From positions 1 to 60,713 of the forward strand of contig JAHDIM010000003.1 of the NCBI GenBank assembly GCA_020630805.1: a stretch of DNA of 60,713 nucleotides, read 5' to 3'. Origin of the DNA: Anaerolineales bacterium (lineage in GTDB: Bacteria > Chloroflexota > Anaerolineae > Anaerolineales > UBA6668). Numbering within the stretch: the stretch's first letter is position 1; each line of letters begins with the position of its first letter. Under the pieces are notes generated by a model. That model saw only the letters and a list, made by a program, of their open reading frames with translations. It was not told the DNA's origin and searched no databases. Both the position numbers and the translations under genes were made by a program. This document shows, piece after piece, positions 29,829-39,470 of this stretch.

Positions 29829-30950
29829 TTACGCAGTATTGCGACGCTTAATCTTGTCTATAAACATTCTATAAAGCAAATAACGCTCTACTTTGTCAGT
29901 TAGCAATCGATAAACAAAGAAGAATGGCGTGGTAAGCAAGGATTGATAAAACAAGAAACTCAGCTTAATACGACTGATACTAACATCATTACCAAGTTCA
30001 ATATCTGCAATTCGTTTCTGTTCTGCTGTAATCTCTCGATTCAATCCGGTAAAAGTTTCAGAAATGTACAATAGATTATCGTCTTTATAATCTATTCGCG
30101 CCTGATGTAATGCGCTAAACCGGCGCTGTTTTCTGGTCTGAATGGGAGCATCGGCAACCTTACCAACCTTATAGACATCAACTAACCAATCCCAATGCCT
30201 TTCCATTAGGTATATGTACCAATCTAGCGTGGTGTCTTGCTTATTGATTACAGCTTTTGCGCTAGGAATTTCAAAGTCATACCGAATACCATAAACACTG
30301 GAAGGTAACCCCAAGTCCACACAATACAGCAGTGCGCTAGACCAAGAATTTGCAATTGCATATTTATGACGTTTAATAATCTCGTAAAAACGCGGAATAA
30401 ACATGTTATGAAAGCCATTGCCTGCCGTAACACAAGTAATGCCATTCTCAATTAACTTCTCATGCAATTTGTAGTTCACGTCCAGATAATGCAAACACAC
30501 AGTTACAGGCTGCATCTCTTCGGGTAACGCTTTCAATTCAGCAATATATTCTTCTAAATCAACAAGTGCAGCGCCAGAGTTAAGCGAATGCGCGTAAAAA
30601 ACAACAGTTCCTTGACAATCTTTTGTCTGCGTCACGCCAGTTAGGCGTTTATAAAGTACAAAAGGCGATGGGATGTGAAAACAGACAGATCTAGAGCGCT
30701 TGTCATAAATGTCCTTAAATCGCTTGACATATACAAATGCATTTCTATAGAAGCATTCTAATTCCCGGGTGCTTGGCATTAGATACTGATTTAGCGAATG
30801 CGTCGCTTCTATCCACAATGGCAACCATTTAGGGTAGAACCCATACCGACGCCATACATAACCAGCACCATACATTTCAGCACCCAAATTCGTAAATGGG
30901 GGGTGCCAATCAGCATCAGTTGCTAAACGCTCTAATTCTTCTGATTCCAC
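29829..30950 (-). CDS. Hypothetical protein, paralog of 20391..21530; possible GT-B-fold transferase
   Basis: 373 aa, GTG start, shares the motif blocks of the 20391 ORF. Confidence 0.6.
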   Translation of the reverse strand: MESEELERLATDADWHPPFTNLGAEMYGAGYVWRRYGFYPKWLPLWIEATHSLNQYLMPSTRELECFYRNAFVYVKRFKDIYDKRSRSVCFHIPSPFVLYKRLTGVTQTKDCQGTVVFYAHSLNSGAALVDLEEYIAELKALPEEMQPVTVCLHYLDVNYKLHEKLIENGITCVTAGNGFHNMFIPRFYEIIKRHKYAIANSWSSALLYCVDLGLPSSVYGIRYDFEIPSAKAVINKQDTTLDWYIYLMERHWDWLVDVYKVGKVADAPIQTRKQRRFSALHQARIDYKDDNLLYISETFTGLNREITAEQKRIADIELGNDVSISRIKLSFLFYQSLLTTPFFFVYRLLTDKVERYLLYRMFIDKIKRRNTA

Positions 30951-30968
30951 GTTTAAATACCTGATTCG

Positions 30969-32711
30969 TTATGCTGGACAACGATCTAAATCCTGAACCT
31001 TATATAAATAGACAACCCAAGCAGACGATTGATCTTCAAACATAGAAATAAGATTGAGTTCATTCTGCTTAGCGTTTTCTATCAAAACAGCCGATAGTAT
31101 ATAACAACCGCCCATTTCAGCGAGTGCTTGCGTATTGATTCTAAAATCTGAAATAGGAGCACTGCGTGTTTTATCAATTTGCAATGCATAGCCAGCAGTC
31201 AATTCATGAGAAAAAACATATGCCCGGCTGCCCCAAGTGTCATAGTAAGTACGCCATTTTTCACTGGCAGCTAATTCATCTTCAATAATGGTGCGGAACT
31301 GCTGCTTATACGCGAGTGGATACAAGTTCTGATAGCTATCTAAGGTATAAAACCCATTATGTTGCGCTACTGCTGGCGGAATGCCTAAACTCACCACGCG
31401 ATAGTCGGCCTGAGAATGCCCAATCGTATCTGCAATTTCTTGATATTGCTGCTCTGCAAAGTAACGTGAATACGAGAACTTATATGCCTCTTGGCTGCGA
31501 ACCCGCTGCACAAGATTGTAGCTAGTCACCACAAATTCACGATTGTTGCTGAGCGTATAGCCTAGTTGAAGCACCAGCGCGCCAATCCAGATCAACTGCA
31601 ATGGGATCGAGCGCCATTTTTTCCAGCGCGTGAATACTGTCAAGGCCACAGCCAAGACCATATTCCAGCAAATAATACGAAAATAATGAAAGCGCGACCA
31701 ATCAAACGAATTTGTGCTGCTACCGTCGCCAATAATTGAAACTAATGTCTGGTTAGCGTAGATTGCATAAATCAACGAGACGCTTAACGCGCCTAAAAAC
31801 CAAATCCAAAGCGCCTTTTGTAACGACTTTGCCGCAGTCCACCAAGCAACAATTGATGCAATCAGAAATAAAACTAATGTGGGGACATGAAAACTACCAG
31901 AATGATAAAAGTTGCCTAACACGAACCCATTTCTAATTGCATATAAAAATGCTGTGTTTAATCTAACAAATTCTTGCCGATGCACAGGCGTGTCTAGAAA
32001 AAGCTGGCTATAAATCATTGGCGCAGCAGAAATGCAATAGCCCACGCCTAAGGCGATTACCGCAAGCGCTAGTAGGCCAATCCGTCTTGTTTTGAGCGCT
32101 AAGATTGCTACAACGACGCCTGTTATAGCAATGATAAAGACGCCATTATGTGCAAGCGAAGAGTAAAAAGGGAAGGCCGCAACAATTGCAAATGAAAGCC
32201 CCAATCGGCGGTGCTCATGAATGTTCCACAGCGCCCAAGTTAGCAACGGGATGCCAGCAATGCCGATGCCAAAGCCAAACAGATACGGCAAAAAAGCGTG
32301 ATTGAGTGCAACCCCGACCATAATCCAAACGGGGAAAGGATGCTGTTGCACGCTAGAATATTTACCTAGGAATAAACGCATCCCCACGTAAGCCACGATA
32401 TGCACAACCATGCGGTCTATAAAAAATACATAGAACGCGTCTTCAAATATTGTGCTCAGTAAAAGCACAAAATCAAAGCCCATTTGAAAGTAACTGCGAG
32501 GCAGCCCGTTCATCGTCTGATAAACCGGGTTATTTAGCGACCAACCGGTCTCCCACGTACCCAGTGCCCCAAGTAGACCATTTACATCTAAACTGTCATG
32601 AATCAGGAAATAGCTATCCTTCCACATCAGCAGAAATAGACCAAGGTAACCAACTAAGCCAAGCAGGCCTACATAGTCCCAAGTAATTCGGGTCTTTATT
32701 GTATTTGTCAT
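30969..32711 (-). CDS. Polytopic membrane protein resembling DUF6044 (YkoS-like), possible GT-C
   Basis: IHDSLD after TM1, MNGLPR, RFH, LDSYQNLYPL.YK..FR.II..EL, WGSRAY, and about 10 TMs. Start moved to ATG 32711. Confidence 0.65.
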   Translation of the reverse strand: MTNTIKTRITWDYVGLLGLVGYLGLFLLMWKDSYFLIHDSLDVNGLLGALGTWETGWSLNNPVYQTMNGLPRSYFQMGFDFVLLLSTIFEDAFYVFFIDRMVVHIVAYVGMRLFLGKYSSVQQHPFPVWIMVGVALNHAFLPYLFGFGIGIAGIPLLTWALWNIHEHRRLGLSFAIVAAFPFYSSLAHNGVFIIAITGVVVAILALKTRRIGLLALAVIALGVGYCISAAPMIYSQLFLDTPVHRQEFVRLNTAFLYAIRNGFVLGNFYHSGSFHVPTLVLFLIASIVAWWTAAKSLQKALWIWFLGALSVSLIYAIYANQTLVSIIGDGSSTNSFDWSRFHYFRIICWNMVLAVALTVFTRWKKWRSIPLQLIWIGALVLQLGYTLSNNREFVVTSYNLVQRVRSQEAYKFSYSRYFAEQQYQEIADTIGHSQADYRVVSLGIPPAVAQHNGFYTLDSYQNLYPLAYKQQFRTIIEDELAASEKWRTYYDTWGSRAYVFSHELTAGYALQIDKTRSAPISDFRINTQALAEMGGCYILSAVLIENAKQNELNLISMFEDQSSAWVVYLYKVQDLDRCPA

Positions 32712-32727
32712 ATGACAACAGTGAGGA

Positions 32728-33573
32728 TTAGCGTAATTCGCAAAATGCAAACAGCGTGTATTTTTTACTTGGGTCTTGTAAACGTTTCAGTTCTGAGATG
32801 GTGTAACCCGCGCTTCTAATTGTGAGCGCAAATGAAACGGCTCCAAAAACATGCCCATGATCAATAAAGAATTCTTGCCGCTCGATGCCGTCATACGCCG
32901 CAATTTCGCCGTCTGGCACTTCAAGATATACAAAGCCACCTGGCTTTAGAAAGCGTTTTGTATGCGCTAAAAAGTCAATTGGAGCCGGCACATGTTCTAA
33001 AACTTTGTTGAGACTGATCACGTCAAAGCGTGCTTCCGTTTCAAACTTAGCAAAGTCAGCATGATATGCAGTGACGCCCACGTAGTCTCGGGCGTGCGCC
33101 ACATTCCGTGGATCTGGGTCTACGCATGACACTTGCCAACCGCCGCGCTTCATAGCCGCCGGAAATACAGCCAACCCACTCCCAACATCTAATACACTGT
33201 GTTGGCTGAAATCAGTTGTGCCAAATTCTTGGGCAGCATAGTCCGCAATCCGCTTTACTCGGCCAGCGTTATCAGACGCTGAGGCCGGTAACGCCATAAT
33301 GCGTTCAAATGTGGCCTCTACCCCTTTCTGCCCCGCATAGGTCGCCGTAACGTAGTCAGCGTCATAGTGCACTTCACTGCCCATCGTATGGTGCGAAACA
33401 AAATGCCCACACACCTGACACTGATCTACCGTCCGCCGATAAGGTTTATTTTGTGTAAAGGAGAAACGCGTTTCACGCGCTGGGGCTTCGCTATATTTAA
33501 AAACATTTTTCCAGCTAGTTTGGCTGCAAATTAGGCAAGGTTGCGTGTAAAGCGGGAACTCTTCAGTAGGCAT
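32728..33573 (-). CDS. Class I SAM-dependent methyltransferase with N-terminal CxxC...CxxC
   Basis: CLIC...CQVC, LDVGSGL, KVLEHV, LKPGG.VYLEVP. Confidence 0.85.
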   Translation of the reverse strand: MPTEEFPLYTQPCLICSQTSWKNVFKYSEAPARETRFSFTQNKPYRRTVDQCQVCGHFVSHHTMGSEVHYDADYVTATYAGQKGVEATFERIMALPASASDNAGRVKRIADYAAQEFGTTDFSQHSVLDVGSGLAVFPAAMKRGGWQVSCVDPDPRNVAHARDYVGVTAYHADFAKFETEARFDVISLNKVLEHVPAPIDFLAHTKRFLKPGGFVYLEVPDGEIAAYDGIERQEFFIDHGHVFGAVSFALTIRSAGYTISELKRLQDPSKKYTLFAFCELR

Positions 33574-33677
33574 GTACTATACGTCTCGATTTTGATTGCC
33601 GTATTGATGGGCTGGGCACTGGTGGACAGTTTGGTTAGCGGCACAGCAAAACACTATGCTGAAGGAGCCACTCAGGC

Positions 33678-35510
33678 TTATGCCCACTGCTCCATAAACA
33701 TTTTGGTGCTAAGGAAGTAAAACAAGAATTTACTTTCACTATTCGGCAGTTGGTCTTTTTGAATAATCTGCGCTATTTTATCGCGTTTGACATAGTCAAA
33801 AATTGGGCTGTTGTCCAGCAAATAGGCTTTTGTAGCGGGGTCGGACAGCTCTAGAAAATCAAAAATTGGCGCATTGAAACCAACCTTACGGCGATTATCT
33901 AGAATTTTATCTGGCACAATACCGCGCATCGCTTCCCGCAAAACAGACTTCGCTGCGCCGTCTCTAATCAGGTGCCGTGACGGAATTTGATAGCAATGTT
34001 CATACAAGGCGCGGTCTAAAAATGGAGAGCGGTTCTCGATAGAGAAGTACATTGCATTGAGGTCTTCCTCATGTAGCACCTGACGCGTGGCTTCATGGAA
34101 GAGTTCATTCATCATCCGATTACGTAACACGCCTGGCACGTAGCGTTCTTCGGCAAAGGGCTCTGGCGTGTAATTGTGCAAAAATTGCGCAAACTCAACG
34201 TTCCCAAGATAAATATGCCCTCTAAATTCAGGATCTTTGACATACAAATCGGGCTGTTTCAAATACGGGTTGCGCACGATCGGCGCAATGTGTTTTTGCC
34301 AATTACGTAACGCTTGCGCGTGTTCTACAGGGTCATTGCTAACCTCGTATAGATAGGCGTTGTGATGGTCATAGTAGCCAGTAAACAGTTCATCTGCCGC
34401 AATGCCACTAATCGAGATTTTGTAACCATGTTGCGCAACCTGCGACATCAACAACCAATGTGCATAATACGTAATGGTTAGTACAGGTGCGTCGTGTTGC
34501 GCGACCAGCGTCTTGAGATTTGGTAGAAAATCGCTAGTGCTGATAGGCAATGCTGTGTGTTTCAGCCCTTGTTGTGTCACGGCGTGATCGATATAGTCTT
34601 GCTCTTCATAGCGGGCATCGGTATTCACAATGGTGAAGCCGTGCACGTCATAATCAAACACATTCTTAGCGATGCTAATTAACGAATTAGAATCAATGCC
34701 ACCACTCATCGCAAAAGCTAACGGCACATCAGCCCGCAAGCGCAATTCAACCGACCGAATAAGGCGCGCGCGCGCCTCAGCAACCGCCTCGGCATAGCTC
34801 ATATCTGGCTGTTGCGCCACAATTGGGTCCCAATAGCGGAAGCTAGAAATAGTACGCGCCGCGTCTAACTGCACCACAGCGCCTACTTCTAGGTAATAAA
34901 CCCCTTCAAAATAGGTTTCATCAGATTTACTTAGCGACTTATAGCCATTTACCAAATAACGCTGTACATAAGGGATATTGATCGGCAATTTATGCCCCAA
35001 TAAAGCAAAAATGAATTTGATCTCAGACCCAAAGTAAACGCCATTATGCGCGCGGTATAGGTACAGCGGTTTTTCACCAAAGCGATCACGTGACAGGCTA
35101 AGTTGCTCTTTGGCACTGTCATAGTAAGCAAACGCCCACATTCCTTCACAACGGTCTAGAAATTCTAAGCCATCACAGCGTAAACCTTGCAGCATCACCT
35201 CAGTATCAGACTCAGTTTCAAATTCAACCTGATGCGACTTGCTTAAAGCCGCCCGCAATTCAAGGTAGTTGTAAATTTCACCATTGATTGCGAGAGATTG
35301 CTGTCCACGGCCCATTGGCTGATTAGCGCGAGCGTCTAAATCAATAATACTTAGGCGTGAATGTAATAAATGTACATGTTGCCCCTTAGATGTCTGCCAA
35401 GACTGTACAGCTCGATGATCTGGTCCGCGACGGCCCATCTTTGCTAAACAAGCGTCTAGCAATTTATCCTCAAGCGGTGCGTCACCTATATAGCCAGCGA
35501 TACCACACAT
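33678..35510 (-). CDS. asnB: AsnB-type glutamine-dependent amidotransferase (glycan amidation type)
   Basis: MCGIAG N-terminal nucleophile, RRGPD, RLSIIDL, NGEIYNY, RDRFGEKPL, SGGIDS, ADELF.GY, ENRSPFLD. Confidence 0.93.
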   Translation of the reverse strand: MCGIAGYIGDAPLEDKLLDACLAKMGRRGPDHRAVQSWQTSKGQHVHLLHSRLSIIDLDARANQPMGRGQQSLAINGEIYNYLELRAALSKSHQVEFETESDTEVMLQGLRCDGLEFLDRCEGMWAFAYYDSAKEQLSLSRDRFGEKPLYLYRAHNGVYFGSEIKFIFALLGHKLPINIPYVQRYLVNGYKSLSKSDETYFEGVYYLEVGAVVQLDAARTISSFRYWDPIVAQQPDMSYAEAVAEARARLIRSVELRLRADVPLAFAMSGGIDSNSLISIAKNVFDYDVHGFTIVNTDARYEEQDYIDHAVTQQGLKHTALPISTSDFLPNLKTLVAQHDAPVLTITYYAHWLLMSQVAQHGYKISISGIAADELFTGYYDHHNAYLYEVSNDPVEHAQALRNWQKHIAPIVRNPYLKQPDLYVKDPEFRGHIYLGNVEFAQFLHNYTPEPFAEERYVPGVLRNRMMNELFHEATRQVLHEEDLNAMYFSIENRSPFLDRALYEHCYQIPSRHLIRDGAAKSVLREAMRGIVPDKILDNRRKVGFNAPIFDFLELSDPATKAYLLDNSPIFDYVKRDKIAQIIQKDQLPNSESKFLFYFLSTKMFMEQWA

Positions 35511-35515
35511 AAGGG

Positions 35516-36514
35516 CTAGCGCACCGCGTCCAAAGCGAACTGTTCACCGGCAACCATTGCGTCATTTAGCGTTTTACCGATTAGTAGCGCTTCTTCACCT
35601 GGCGCAATACCAGTTCCCGGGCGCGTCCAGGTGAGGTCTGCTGCGGTCAGCACGTGCCCAGCAGCTAAATCATGGGCAGCCACAATCGATCTTCGGTAAG
35701 CTGAAACGCCCTGTTGTTCTGGCGCTTGAACAATTTTTTCGACGTTGCCGAGCATGTTCTCTACACGCCGCACCGCGGTCACTAAGGCCTGCAACTCAGC
35801 CGGATCTGCGGAGAGCTGATGGTCACGGAAATCAGAATAGTTTTTATCTAACGTAAAGTGTTTTTCAAGAATAGTGGCCCCAAGCGCAACCGCAGCAATA
35901 CAAGCATCAATGCCAAGGGTGTGGTCAGAATATCCCACAGCAATATCCGGATATTGCGCCTTGAGGAATTTGATTGTGTTCAACCCCGCATCTTGATCCA
36001 ACGTTGGATAGCTGCTAACACAATGTAAAAGCGCGAGTTCATTCTGGGTGTGAGCATGGGCCCGATAAACCTTGACCAAGGTGTCAATTTCAGCACCAGT
36101 ACACAATCCTGTTGAAATAATTGTTGGGTTTGGCAAGGCCGCTGTCGCGCTAATCAATGGAAAAAACTGGTTATCACCCGAGGAAATCTTCACAAAATCC
36201 ACTGCATTGCCAACAAACGCAACGCTGGGAACATCAAACACGCTGGCCGATGTTTTCACGTTGAGCGTGTGTGCCAAGGCAAACAGCTCTTGAAATTGGT
36301 CGTCTGTCAGTTCGTAAGACTTCAACTGCGCTAAGCGTTTATTTTTCTCTGGCCCAACCAAACGTTCAGGACGAATCACCTGAAATTTAACAACATCTGC
36401 ACCACTTTCTGCGGCAGCATGCACCATTTCTTTGGCAACAGTAAAGTTGCCTTCATGATTATTACCAATTTCGGCAATAACCAATACGGGTCCGTTTGAT
36501 AAAGAATTACTCAA
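35516..36514 (-). CDS. neuB: NeuB-family nonulosonic acid synthase (copy 3) with SAF domain
   Basis: IAEIGNNHEG, VKFQ, LLHCVSSYP, GYSDHT, EKHFT, DHQLS, RRSIVA, RPGTGI. Confidence 0.88.
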   Translation of the reverse strand: MSNSLSNGPVLVIAEIGNNHEGNFTVAKEMVHAAAESGADVVKFQVIRPERLVGPEKNKRLAQLKSYELTDDQFQELFALAHTLNVKTSASVFDVPSVAFVGNAVDFVKISSGDNQFFPLISATAALPNPTIISTGLCTGAEIDTLVKVYRAHAHTQNELALLHCVSSYPTLDQDAGLNTIKFLKAQYPDIAVGYSDHTLGIDACIAAVALGATILEKHFTLDKNYSDFRDHQLSADPAELQALVTAVRRVENMLGNVEKIVQAPEQQGVSAYRRSIVAAHDLAAGHVLTAADLTWTRPGTGIAPGEEALLIGKTLNDAMVAGEQFALDAVR

Positions 36515-36541
36515 ATTAGCCTCTGTCTAGATAAACGCCAT

Positions 36542-37273
36542 TTAGAAGGCTGCATCTACATAGTGCAGCACATATTTTGTAGACTCGATTGAAAAGCCTA
36601 GCTTCTCATAAAACCGCATTGAAGGAATGTTAGACACCTGCGTGCCCACCCGCCAACGGTCAATATTTGGAATTGATTGCTGCGCAAAAGCGACCAGTTG
36701 CATTGCAATGCCCTGCTTCTGAAATGCCTGATCGACGGCAATCAAATCGATCGTAAGTGTGGCTTCTCGCTTGATAAGCAGTAAAAAGCCCACAATTTTC
36801 CCCTGATGTTCTGCAACAACTAAGTCTGTGCCACGTGTTCCTAAAAAATAATTACCCACCCATGCAGACCGCGTTTTTAAACCAGCTGCTGGCGGCACCT
36901 TAGGATCAATCAAAAAACGATTATAAACAAAACTCGCGCGCGCCATTGTTTTCACAGGCGTTGCGTCAGAGGGGGTGGCAAATCTATATGTGATCTGCGT
37001 TGAAGCGCTGGTAGAAGAAACATCGGGCGTAACCGCTGGTGTTACAAACACGATGTTGGTATCAATAAGCCGAAACTGCTGCTGCTGATAAGCGGCAACC
37101 CACTCAACGGCCACAGTTGGGAGCTTGACATCTACAAAAACGCCACGCTCCCGCTTGTTATGTGATTTGAGTTCAGCCCACGTTGGGCTCGCTAACGCTT
37201 GAGCATAGTCTGTAACTGTATAAGCATCTAAGGCCCATAAGTCAGATAGCCAAGCATTTTTGACAATTGTCAT
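36542..37273 (-). CDS. GNAT acetyltransferase (WecD-like)
   Basis: RF..DP, IDLIAV...QKQGIA, VGTQ..N.PSMRFYEKLGF. Confidence 0.82.
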   Translation of the reverse strand: MTIVKNAWLSDLWALDAYTVTDYAQALASPTWAELKSHNKRERGVFVDVKLPTVAVEWVAAYQQQQFRLIDTNIVFVTPAVTPDVSSTSASTQITYRFATPSDATPVKTMARASFVYNRFLIDPKVPPAAGLKTRSAWVGNYFLGTRGTDLVVAEHQGKIVGFLLLIKREATLTIDLIAVDQAFQKQGIAMQLVAFAQQSIPNIDRWRVGTQVSNIPSMRFYEKLGFSIESTKYVLHYVDAAF

Positions 37274-37281
37274 TTGCCTAA

Positions 37282-38298
37282 TTAGGCATTTTCAAGTGAT
37301 TGATACCACTCAATATATTCACGAAAACCAGTATCGATTGGATATTGGGGATCATATCCAATTAGCCGACGCGCCTTATCTACACTGAGAGTACCCCGGA
37401 TTGGCAAGGCCGTGTCACGCTCTGATTCTTCGAGTTGAATATCAGGAAAGTATTCCCGCGTAATTGTCGCCAGATCAGCAATAGAGCGGGCGCTACCGTA
37501 GGTCATATTGAAAATTTCATTATAGGAATTTGTATTTTCAATACAATTTACAATCCCACCGACCAAGTCGTTGATGTAGGTAAAGTCTAGCTTTTCTGCC
37601 CCACCACCGTTCAGGCGCAATTTATGACCTTGTAGGGCATTTTCAATAAAGATTTGACCGACACGACGGCTAACACAACGTTGACCGTACAATGCTGAAG
37701 GCCGAATGATGGTATACGGCAAGTCAAACACGTGGTTGTATGCCATCACCATTTTTTCACCGGCAAACTTCAATGACGCGTACATGCCAAACGGTTCGCA
37801 GTGGGTTTCCTCATCAACTGAAGCCGTTTTGAAGTGGCCGTATACCGTACTTGAAGAGAAATAAATAAACTGCTCAACATGCCCACGTGCATAATCTAGC
37901 GCATTTTCTAGCGTGCGTAGGCTATGGTCAAACGTGCTGTATGGGTTCTTATTAGACTTACCAGCATGTGAAATTGCAGCTAAATGCACAATCACCTGCG
38001 GATTGATCTCACGTAGTGTTTTAGAAAGACCACCATAGTCACGCGCATCTTGCACATGCAACGGAACCTCTGCGGCGCGCAACAGATCTAACCGTTCATT
38101 CAAAATACGTAAGTACAAGTCACGGTTCCGCACGGGCTGCGCAGTGGTGGAATATTCCAACAAGTTGTTGACTTGCAAACTATCAACGACATGGATATCT
38201 GCCCCTAATTCTTTTAGAGTAAGTGCCATGTGGTGCCCAATAAAGCCAGCCCCGCCAATGATGGCAATGCGGCGGTCTTTGATTTCTAGTATGCTCAT
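37282..38298 (-). CDS. NAD-dependent epimerase/dehydratase (extended SDR)
   Basis: GGAGFIG, HLAA, SSSTVYG, YASLK, RPSALYG, DFTYINDL. Confidence 0.9.
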   Translation of the reverse strand: MSILEIKDRRIAIIGGAGFIGHHMALTLKELGADIHVVDSLQVNNLLEYSTTAQPVRNRDLYLRILNERLDLLRAAEVPLHVQDARDYGGLSKTLREINPQVIVHLAAISHAGKSNKNPYSTFDHSLRTLENALDYARGHVEQFIYFSSSTVYGHFKTASVDEETHCEPFGMYASLKFAGEKMVMAYNHVFDLPYTIIRPSALYGQRCVSRRVGQIFIENALQGHKLRLNGGGAEKLDFTYINDLVGGIVNCIENTNSYNEIFNMTYGSARSIADLATITREYFPDIQLEESERDTALPIRGTLSVDKARRLIGYDPQYPIDTGFREYIEWYQSLENA

Positions 38299-39443
38299 TT
38301 TGTCACCTCGATTAAGGCGTCTTTCAGCGTTGCCACGATGTAAGCCATATCGTCTTGGTCTAAGTGTGGGCCAACCGGCAGCGCAATAGATTGTTCACTA
38401 ATGCGGGTTGCATTTGGATAGTCTGACTCTTGGTAGCCATACTTTTCACGGTAATACGTCAATTTTGGGACTGCTTTAGGATAGTACACGCTTGTACCAA
38501 CACCATGTGCTTTCAAATAGTTCACAATCTCAAAACGCAGTGGCGCAATGTCATCTTTCAACACAACTGAGAGACAGTAATAGCTGCTTTGAATACGGTC
38601 TGTAGAAGACTCAAACAAATCAATTTCAGCAATGTCTTGTAACCCAGCCTGCAACGCTTCATAGTTAGCTTTACGGGCCGTCAGGAAGCCGGGCATGCGT
38701 TTAACTTGCTCAATGCCAATGGCAGAGGCAATTTCATTGAGCCGATAGTTGAACCCCAGCATATTGACATCGTAAACGCCAGGCACTTTGCGTTCACCAA
38801 CGTGACGATCCACCCCAAAGGCCCGCTGGCGCGTAATCTTTGTGGCAATATCCTCATGCTTAGTGGTCAGCATGCCACCTTCAGCTGTTGTCATATGTTT
38901 GACCGGGTAAAACGAATACGCCCCAACATCACCAAACAACCCAACGTGTTTGCCATCTACGTAGCCACCAATTGCCAAGGCGCAATCTTCAACAACAAAC
39001 AAATTATGTTTATTCGCGATTGTCATCAGTTTTGGCATGTCTACCGGTAAACCGAGGTAGTGCACAAGCGAAATTGCTTTTGTGTTGGGTGTGATTGCAG
39101 CTTCAAGCTGATCCAAATCCATATTACCGGTACGTAATTCGGCATCAACAAACACCGGTTTAGCACCGGTCAGTTCAACCGCATGTGCGGTAGCATTATG
39201 GGTTTGCGCTGGCACAATAACTTCATCACCGGGGCCAGTGCCCAAATAGAAGTAACTCAGGTGCAACGCGGCTGTACAAGAGGAGACAGACACCGCATAA
39301 GGCGAACCAGTGAATGTAGCAAAGTCCGCTTCAAATTGCTTTGCACGCGGCCCATGCACAAGAATATGGCCTTCTAAAACTTCGGCGACAGCTGCTTTTT
39401 CTTCAGCACCAATAATTGGTCGCCCAAAAGGTACGTTTCTCAC
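38295..39443 (-). CDS. DegT/DnrJ/EryC1/StrS aminotransferase
   Basis: SSCTAALHL, VEDCA, SFYPVKHMTTAEGG, GFNYR. GTG start at 39443 has AAGGA upstream. Confidence 0.92.
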   Translation of the reverse strand: MRNVPFGRPIIGAEEKAAVAEVLEGHILVHGPRAKQFEADFATFTGSPYAVSVSSCTAALHLSYFYLGTGPGDEVIVPAQTHNATAHAVELTGAKPVFVDAELRTGNMDLDQLEAAITPNTKAISLVHYLGLPVDMPKLMTIANKHNLFVVEDCALAIGGYVDGKHVGLFGDVGAYSFYPVKHMTTAEGGMLTTKHEDIATKITRQRAFGVDRHVGERKVPGVYDVNMLGFNYRLNEIASAIGIEQVKRMPGFLTARKANYEALQAGLQDIAEIDLFESSTDRIQSSYYCLSVVLKDDIAPLRFEIVNYLKAHGVGTSVYYPKAVPKLTYYREKYGYQESDYPNATRISEQSIALPVGPHLDQDDMAYIVATLKDALIEVTK

Positions 39444-39470
39444 TATTAAAAAATCCTTATCTATTCGCAA

